A stretch of DNA of 64,000 nucleotides from Nitrospinaceae bacterium (GTDB lineage Bacteria > Nitrospinota > Nitrospinia > Nitrospinales > Nitrospinaceae). The stretch is taken from NCBI GenBank assembly GCA_965223665.1, contig OZ245011.1, positions 4,096,001-4,160,000 on the forward strand, in the 5' to 3' direction. Shown here piece by piece: positions 58,001 to 64,000 of this stretch (positions are counted from its first letter, which is position 1; each line of letters begins with the position of its first letter). The translations under genes and the position numbers were made by a program. Below the pieces are notes generated by a model that saw only the letters and a program-made list of their open reading frames with translations, had not been told where the DNA came from and did not search any database.

Positions 58001-60846
58001 CGTTTACGTTTAATGAAAACATCGTGGTATTGAATCAGGATGGGATAGATCTGGTCCAAGGCTGGGTGGATGGCAGTATAGAGAATAATGGATTTTTTAT
58101 TCAAATTGACGGGTTGAATAATAATGGAATCGGGATCCATTCGAGTGAAGCAGGGACTTTAACGAGTCGTCCCAAAATCACGATTTCGTATACCGTATCT
58201 GGAGATACAGAACCCCCGGTGGTGACAGCACCAGCGGATATCACGACTCCTGCCACGGGTCCTTTGACGCCAGTGAATATAGGAACCGCGACGGCGACGG
58301 ATAATGTGGGAGTGACATCTTTGACGAATAACGCACCGGGAGGCGGATTCCCTGCAGGTGTGACCGTTGTGACGTGGACGGCGATGGATGCAGCGGGGAA
58401 CATTGGAACCGATAACCAAACGATCACGGTAGAAGATAATGTGTTACCGAGTATCACAGCGCCAGGGGATATCACAACAGAAGCGACGGGTCCGACGACA
58501 CCGGTAGCATTGGGAACACCGACGACCTCGGATAATGTAGGAGTTTCTTCGGTGACCAATGATGCACCTGCCGAGTTTCCGGTGGGAACGACGGTTGTGA
58601 CATGGACGGTGACAGATACGTCTGGCAACATGAATACAGATACGCAAAATGTGACGGTGGAAGACACGACAGATCCTGTAGTGACAGCGCCGGGAGATAT
58701 AACGACGACAGAAACCGGTCCGTTAACACCTGTGGATATAGGAACGGCGACGGCGACAGATGCGGTGGGAGTGACATCCTTAACGAACGATGCACCAGCT
58801 GGTGGATTTCCGCAAGGGACGACGATCGTCACCTGGACTGCCACTGATGCAGCAGGTAATTCAGGCACGGACACGCAGATAATAGCGGTTCAAGCAGCAG
58901 GTTCCGGAGGTCCGGTAACGGTGAGTTTCCAGGATGGAGTGGAGCCGGATGGAACTTATGCGGGAACCGAGGATTCGTTACTGCGAGAGTCTTCGGCAGA
59001 TTCGAACTATGGGAATGAAACTTCCTTGAGTGCGGATTTAGTACAGCCGGATCCGTCGAATGGTCGGTTTGGTGAGGTGATATCTGTAATATCCTGGGAT
59101 ATCTCCAGCATTCCTAACAATGCGACAGTCGATTCGGCGAGTATCTCGTTGAATTTAACGAATATCAGTTCCGGAAGTTATAACTTGTATCAGGCGTTGA
59201 CGAGTTGGGATGAGTCGACGGTGACGTGGAACAGTTTTGGTGGATCGAGCACTAATGTGGGAGCTGCGGTGCTGGGTACGATTGTTCCGGGACAGTTTAA
59301 TGAGAATGTGATTGTGCTGACACCTGATGGTATTAGCCTGATAGAGGGTTGGATAGATGGATCGATAGCGAACCATGGAATAGTTATCAAAGAAATCAAT
59401 AACAACAACGATGGTATTTTTGTTGATTCCAGTGAAGCAGCCTCAAATACCAACCATCCGAAGTTGACGATTACATACAATGTGGCGGCGACAGGAGATA
59501 CTGAACCTCCTGTGGTGACAGCCCCTGCAGATATCACAGTGGAATCGACTGGAACTTTAACTCCAGTGGATATAGGGACTGCAACGGCCACAGATAATGT
59601 GGGAGTGGTCTCGTTGACGAATGATGCGCCTGCTGGTGGGTATCCGATTGGAACGACGATTGTGACGTGGACAGCCCTGGATGCGGCAGCCAACGTTGGA
59701 ACGGATACGCAGTCTATCACGGTGACGGAGCCGACAACGACGGGTGTGAACGTCACAAGTTTTCAGGATGGAGTGGAACCGAACGGGACCTACTCAGGAA
59801 CGCAGGATGCGTTATTAAGGCAAACGTCTCCTGATGAGAATAATAATACGGATGAGTTGTGGGCAGATGGAGTGGCTCCAGATCCGAACAATGGTAAATA
59901 TGGAGAAGTGGTATCCGTGGTGTCTTGGGATATCTCAGCGATACCAAGTGATGCAATAGTTTCCTCGGTGACGGTAACGTTTGATATGTTTAACGATTCA
60001 TCAGCAGACCATAACATATTGCAGGCGACAGCTCCGTGGTCGGAAGATACGGTGACCTGGAACAGTTTTGGAGGAACCGGGTCCATTGGCACTACGGTAT
60101 TGGGAACGATTGGTCCGTTCTTGTACAACGAGCAGGAGTTTATCCTGAACTCGGATGGAATTGCCTTAGTTCAGGGATGGATTGATGGAAGCATTGCGAA
60201 CAATGGGTTGGTGATTCAATCGGCGGGAACGAATAACGGAATTGGATGGAATTCCAGTGAGGCGGCAACCGGTCGACCTAAAATCACTATCACTTACTTA
60301 GTCGGTGGTGGAACCCTTGAATTCCAGGATGGCGTCTCCCCAAATAACGGCTACTCGGGAACTCGGGATGCGCATGTTCGACAACCCTTTCCTGATACGA
60401 ATTATGGAAATGATATTGTCCTATTTGCAGATAATAGAAAAGGTGGGGGGCCGGTTGATTCTTTGATTTCATGGGATCTTTCTTCTATCCCAAGTTCTGC
60501 CACTGTTGATTCGGTAAGCATCACAATAAACATTATTAACTCCAGTGCCGGGACTTACAGTTTTTGGCAGGCATTGAACTCATGGTCCGAGGACACAGTT
60601 ACCTGGAATAATTTTGGATCGATAGGAAGTAGCTCTCTTGGAACAATTTCTTCAGATTCGTTTGGCGAAACTACTATTAACTTAAATTCTGATGGGATTG
60701 CTTTAGTGCAAGGATGGGTTGACGGTAGTATTGGCAATAATGGAGTTGTTTTAAAAAGTGATGGAACGAATGATGGTTTAGACTTGAATTCCCGGGAGGC
60801 AGCGAGCGGTCGGCCAAAAATATCAGTGACAATTACCTTGCCGTAG
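55084..60846 (+). CDS. Secreted multidomain protein copy 2, tandem paralog of 48905-54688
   Basis: Same architecture; 1920 aa versus 1927 aa. Confidence 0.85.
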   Translation: MAGRQRIEFTHLLILFSFFIFGQEAFGQAKDRPQLVDRGPYLQRMTPSSVIIKWWVSTADIANNTIHYGTSPGSLSSSIPDGSFTSRSVCSSSNCDDFYEFQVTLNSLSSDTRYYYAVGTSTTPSTEETANGTFKTFPASGAKPTRVWVIGDSGTKSSQALLVKERFQNYTQTRNPDVWIMLGNNAYSSGSNRDHGDAVFFMYPDFLKNVAVWPAIGERDDNNINTYNTIFVLPNNAQSGGVASGTEAYYSYDYGNTHFIVLDVSNTSLSNGGAMQNWLQNDLNANSKEWTIAYFHASPYSKGWDDSDSGSRANDIRNNFVDILEQAGVDLVLTANSHAYERSFLIDGHYGTSGTFSPGTHIVDGGNGKSAPLPRADGAYHKNLVGGQPTANSGTVYAVVGSSGINQTNDEPLTRSYEEAAGPLNHPAMQFSVNRLGSMVIDVYENRLEAIFLNGFGDIADQFSITHGNSNIAPEIFNVSAAHPLTLEVQFSEPLDKASAENISNYSVNNGVTIFAAELLEDYRTVRLLTSQLDNSTEYILTATNIEDYETNTAIPAPGSDYSFTPHFVNPPIHTASFQDGYYPHRAYDGTKDTYVFEGEPNANFGTKAELISHGKFENEVDGDAVVLISWDLSSIPSNATIQSATVYLNLFNRSETSYHLRQILTSWSETNATWNSIGGLTNIGAAIMGTIIPEKFRLNTMPLTSDGINVVQGWVDGSISNYGLAVQNGGPGEDPDWWNAIRLFSRQTNARPRLSITYTLPSGADSISPAIIAPPDIVVDSTGTQTPVALGTAAAVDDNGVPAITNDAPAGGFPLGTTIVNWTATDGSGNTGTDTQLVTVRVPAATSPNTISFQDGVEPSAFYSGTEDSLLRKTSPNQNKGSDTEFWADGVSQDPEVALYGELASAIKWDLSAIPPNATVTSVEVSFNVFNDAPVNTNLYSILTPWTEENVTWNVAADPSVVGDDILGVISPFTFNENIVVLNQDGIDLVQGWVDGSIENNGFFIQIDGLNNNGIGIHSSEAGTLTSRPKITISYTVSGDTEPPVVTAPADITTPATGPLTPVNIGTATATDNVGVTSLTNNAPGGGFPAGVTVVTWTAMDAAGNIGTDNQTITVEDNVLPSITAPGDITTEATGPTTPVALGTPTTSDNVGVSSVTNDAPAEFPVGTTVVTWTVTDTSGNMNTDTQNVTVEDTTDPVVTAPGDITTTETGPLTPVDIGTATATDAVGVTSLTNDAPAGGFPQGTTIVTWTATDAAGNSGTDTQIIAVQAAGSGGPVTVSFQDGVEPDGTYAGTEDSLLRESSADSNYGNETSLSADLVQPDPSNGRFGEVISVISWDISSIPNNATVDSASISLNLTNISSGSYNLYQALTSWDESTVTWNSFGGSSTNVGAAVLGTIVPGQFNENVIVLTPDGISLIEGWIDGSIANHGIVIKEINNNNDGIFVDSSEAASNTNHPKLTITYNVAATGDTEPPVVTAPADITVESTGTLTPVDIGTATATDNVGVVSLTNDAPAGGYPIGTTIVTWTALDAAANVGTDTQSITVTEPTTTGVNVTSFQDGVEPNGTYSGTQDALLRQTSPDENNNTDELWADGVAPDPNNGKYGEVVSVVSWDISAIPSDAIVSSVTVTFDMFNDSSADHNILQATAPWSEDTVTWNSFGGTGSIGTTVLGTIGPFLYNEQEFILNSDGIALVQGWIDGSIANNGLVIQSAGTNNGIGWNSSEAATGRPKITITYLVGGGTLEFQDGVSPNNGYSGTRDAHVRQPFPDTNYGNDIVLFADNRKGGGPVDSLISWDLSSIPSSATVDSVSITINIINSSAGTYSFWQALNSWSEDTVTWNNFGSIGSSSLGTISSDSFGETTINLNSDGIALVQGWVDGSIGNNGVVLKSDGTNDGLDLNSREAASGRPKISVTITLP
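57337..60383 (+). repeat. ~3.05-kb near-identical block, copy B
   Basis: Matches 51182-54228. Confidence 0.95.
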
Positions 60847-60854
60847 TAAATTTT

Positions 60855-60900
60855 TTCTGCCCGGAAGTCTAATTGGAAAATAGGTTTTCTGGCAGAATTT
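60855..60900 (+). terminator. Imperfect terminator after copy 2, homologous to that of copy 1
   Basis: TTCTGCCCGGAAGTCTA...TAGGTTTTCTGGCAGAA. Confidence 0.55.
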
Positions 60901-61297
60901 ATACTTGTTTTTAAATGAGTATCTAATTTGTTGCTTTAACCCTTAAGATTCTTTTTTATAATTTTATAAACCTTTTATATTGTACTTCACCTTTATCATT
61001 CGGCTTAATTCCTTTTAAAAATAATTTCCTGCATAGTATAATTCATGTTTTTTAATTTGTTGATTTTTGGGAAGAAGGGAAATCCGAACTTGTTCGTTTT
61101 ATTTGGTTGAATCCACCTTAATTTCAATAAAGAAATTTTAGATTTGAGACGGCTGAGATTTTGTTGTTTTTTTATAAAAATTTATTCCAAGAATTTGTTC
61201 CTTGATCTGATAAAAAGTTATATTAGATTCTTATTTACTAGTTAAATGAAATAAGAGAGAATCCATCCAAAAAGTTTTTATGGGTTACTATATTTAA

Positions 61298-63799
61298 TTG
61301 AAAAAGGAATTTGTGATTTCATTACAAAACAATCAAAATGATTTGGTGAAATTCCTATTGCTCATCATTATATATTCGATTTTTGGTTGTTTTACCCAAT
61401 TTTTGGCTTTGCCTGCCGGTCAAATACCTTCAATTTTTCCTGCAGGGGGAATAGCTCTTTATTTCTTATATCGATGGGGTAATCGATTTTGGGTTAGTAT
61501 TTTTCTAGGCTCGTTAATTGTGGGAAATTTATCTGGCTCCGAAATCGGAATTTCTTCAATTTCTGGTAAGGAAAGTTGGGGGCAGTCATTAGTTTCAGCA
61601 GGTGGGGAGTCTCTTCAGGCTTTTATTGGAGCATTTTTTCTTAAAAAGATCAAAGAAATTGGGTTTCTATATAAGGTAAAAAACTCTCTTTATTTTGTTA
61701 TTTTTTGTGGAACTCTTTGTCCATTAATAAGTCCCACGATTAACAGTTTATTTATTCATTTAGCAAATAATATCGAGTGGAGACAATTAGGCTGGTATGT
61801 TCTTACGGGTTGGCTAGCTAACTCAATAGGAATTTTAATAATGATCCCGCTCATTGATTGGATATTTAAAAAAGAGAGGGTTGAATTTGATCTATTCCAA
61901 AAAATTGAACTCCTAATTTTTTTAGTCCTCATTTTTATAATTGGACAACTGGTATTTGGTGGTTTATTGCAGAAATCTTCATATCCATTAGTTTACACAT
62001 TATTTCCTTTTTTAATTTGGGCCGTTTTTCGTTTTGAAAATTGGGGTGGAATATTGGCTGTAATTCTTGTTTGTGGCTTTGCTACTTTAGGCAGTATAAA
62101 AGGAGGAGGGCCTTTTGTGGGACGCCCATATTTGGAATCAATTATTTTATTGCAGGTTTATTGTTGGTTGGTTTCTTCGATGACACATTTTCTTTCAGTG
62201 GCAATTCATGAAAGGAGGTCCACAGAAACCAATCTAATAAATAGTGAAAAGCGGTTAAGGTTGATCACCGATAATTTGCCAATTTTGATTGCATATCTTG
62301 ATGAAAATGGCAATAACAAGTTTAGCAATAAACCTTACCAGGATTGTTTTGGTTTTACCCAAGATGAAATAACGGGAATGAACTTTAAAAATGTTATAGG
62401 GGAGGCATCATTTCAAAATATTCAGGAGTTTTATAAAAAAGCACTGTCCGGAAACTTTGTGAACTTTGAAAGCAAAGTTTTAGATAAAGTTGGAAAGAAA
62501 ATTTGGGTTGAAATTACTATGGTTCCTCATATAAGTGATTTAAAAAAAATAGAGGGAACATTTGTTTTGGCTCAGGATATTACAGCTAGGAAAAAACTGG
62601 AAGAGGCTTTGAAAAATGAAAATAGAAAAGTAAAGGAAATCATTAATTCATTACCTGCTGAAATTGCTGTGTTGGATTGTCAGGGTAATATTGAAATGGT
62701 TAATAAAACCTGGATGGAATACTCAAAAAAGCATTGGAAATTTTCTTCTGAGTCAGGATTTGTAGGAATCAATTATTTGGAAGTTTGTGAAAATTCCGGA
62801 GAAAGTGAAATTCATGAAAATATTGAAAAAGTCTTAAAGGGGGAAATCTCTGAGTATTCTGCCGAGTACCAACGTGACAGAATTTCAGGGTCAAAAAAGT
62901 TTTTAATGTTGGTTAATTCTTTGGGAGAAGGTATTAGAGGAGCCCTGATTTCCTTTATTGATATTACCGACCAAAAAAAAGCGGAGGAACGCCTTGAGGA
63001 ATATAAAGATCAATTGGAAGGGCTAGTTTTAAAAAGAACGAAGGAACTTATTAAAGCTAATGATAAGTTGAAAAATGAAATACGGGAGAGAAAAAAAATA
63101 GAGCAAAACTTGATAATATCTCGTGAAGAGTTGAGAAACCTGAACAATAAATTAAGTACAGTACGAGAAGAAGAGAAAGTGAGAATTGCACGTGAAATTC
63201 ATGATGAATTGGGACAACTGTTAACAGCTTTTAAGTTCGATTTGACTTGGTTGAGAAAATGGATTGAAGAACCATCCTTCAAAATAAAAAGTAAAATTGA
63301 TGAAATGTTTTCTAATATAGACAATTCTATAAATAGTGTTAGAAGAATTTCTTCAGAATTAAGGCCTAAAATTTTGGATGATTTGGGATTATCAGAAGCG
63401 GTTAAATGGTTGGCAAATGATTTTAAAAGGAAAACTCAGATTGATTATATCTTAAGAATTGAGCCGGATGATATTTCTATAAATTCAAATTTATCTATTG
63501 AATTGTTCAGAGTATTCCAGGAAATTCTTACCAATGTGGCACGTCACTCTAAAGCTACAAACTTGGATATTGAATTAATTGAGAGCCGAAAACACCTTAG
63601 ATTGAAGGTTGTTGATAACGGGATTGGAATTCAGTCTTATAAAATAAATGATTCTAAGTCATTAGGATTGATTGGACTTCGTGAAAGAGCTTATTTGTGG
63701 AAGGGCCAGGTTGAAATAATTGGAGTAGAAAATAGTGGGACCACTGTAATAGTTACCATCCCTAAAAATAATAAAAATAAATATGAGCAAAAAATCTAA
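61298..63799 (+). CDS. MASE1 + PAS sensor histidine kinase (HisKA_3 / NarX-UhpB type)
   Basis: Multi-TM MASE1 region (IFPAGGIAL, LIWAVFRF), two PAS-like segments, IAREIHDELGQ, QEILTNVARHS, DNGIG. Confidence 0.9.
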   Translation: MKKEFVISLQNNQNDLVKFLLLIIIYSIFGCFTQFLALPAGQIPSIFPAGGIALYFLYRWGNRFWVSIFLGSLIVGNLSGSEIGISSISGKESWGQSLVSAGGESLQAFIGAFFLKKIKEIGFLYKVKNSLYFVIFCGTLCPLISPTINSLFIHLANNIEWRQLGWYVLTGWLANSIGILIMIPLIDWIFKKERVEFDLFQKIELLIFLVLIFIIGQLVFGGLLQKSSYPLVYTLFPFLIWAVFRFENWGGILAVILVCGFATLGSIKGGGPFVGRPYLESIILLQVYCWLVSSMTHFLSVAIHERRSTETNLINSEKRLRLITDNLPILIAYLDENGNNKFSNKPYQDCFGFTQDEITGMNFKNVIGEASFQNIQEFYKKALSGNFVNFESKVLDKVGKKIWVEITMVPHISDLKKIEGTFVLAQDITARKKLEEALKNENRKVKEIINSLPAEIAVLDCQGNIEMVNKTWMEYSKKHWKFSSESGFVGINYLEVCENSGESEIHENIEKVLKGEISEYSAEYQRDRISGSKKFLMLVNSLGEGIRGALISFIDITDQKKAEERLEEYKDQLEGLVLKRTKELIKANDKLKNEIRERKKIEQNLIISREELRNLNNKLSTVREEEKVRIAREIHDELGQLLTAFKFDLTWLRKWIEEPSFKIKSKIDEMFSNIDNSINSVRRISSELRPKILDDLGLSEAVKWLANDFKRKTQIDYILRIEPDDISINSNLSIELFRVFQEILTNVARHSKATNLDIELIESRKHLRLKVVDNGIGIQSYKINDSKSLGLIGLRERAYLWKGQVEIIGVENSGTTVIVTIPKNNKNKYEQKI

Positions 63800-64000
63800 A
63801 ATTAAAATAATAATCGCTGATGATCACGCTATTGTGAGAAAAGGCTTAGTTCAGATAATTTCTGAGATGCCTGAATTCCAACTTCTAGATGAAGCAACAA
63901 ATGGAATAGAGCTTTTGGAAAAAGTAAAAAAGAATCCTCCTGATATTATTGTATTGGACATAGCCATGCCAAAAAAGTCAGGTTGGGAAGTCATTCAGCA
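63783..64000 (+). CDS. NarL/UvrY-family response regulator, truncated by the window end
   Basis: Hand translation MSKKSKIKIIIADDHAIVRKGL...VLDIAMPKKSG; overlaps the end of the kinase gene. Confidence 0.88.
   Translation, partial: MSKKSKIKIIIADDHAIVRKGLVQIISEMPEFQLLDEATNGIELLEKVKKNPPDIIVLDIAMPKKSGWEVIQ

Noticed and set aside
48905-60846. Paralog variation as DGR mutagenesis
   Set aside because: Differences are not adenine-specific, include indels and synonymous changes, and there is no reverse transcriptase gene.

Overview
AT-rich bacterial chromosomal window with no phage, integrase, transposase or CRISPR evidence. Contents in order: (1) an FGE-sulfatase-domain gene, an acyl-CoA ligase, an RND pump pair, DUF502 and tRNA-Ala(GGC); (2) a secreted histidine phosphatase and a small acidic secreted protein; (3) a seven-gene aromatic amino acid (homogentisate) catabolic operon ending in a ThDP 2-oxoacid decarboxylase; (4) a heme-oxygenase-like diiron enzyme, an NSS transporter and an FAD enzyme resembling polyunsaturated fatty acid isomerase; (5) a surface-protein locus at 23.7-30.7 kb; (6) hypFCDEAB with no hydrogenase nearby, and an lpxO-like gene; (7) an exosortase, a VIT/VWA PEP-CTERM protein and a two-component pair; (8) ATP-grasp and MMPL genes; (9) two tandem ~1920-aa secreted metallophosphoesterase/DNRLRE/HYR paralogs; (10) a MASE1-PAS kinase and a truncated NarL-type regulator. 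Two candidates stand out as undescribed biology. The first is the 23.7-30.7 kb locus: a long Ig/PKD stalk protein ending in an AT-rich, 20-Cys, HExxH tip, followed by a secreted two-repeat PepSY-like protein, which is the layout of a polymorphic toxin/immunity pair. The second is the tandem purple-acid-phosphatase-like giants, whose metal ligands are rewired identically in both copies and which alternate identical and diverged blocks. All family calls come from motif recognition by eye; no searches were run.
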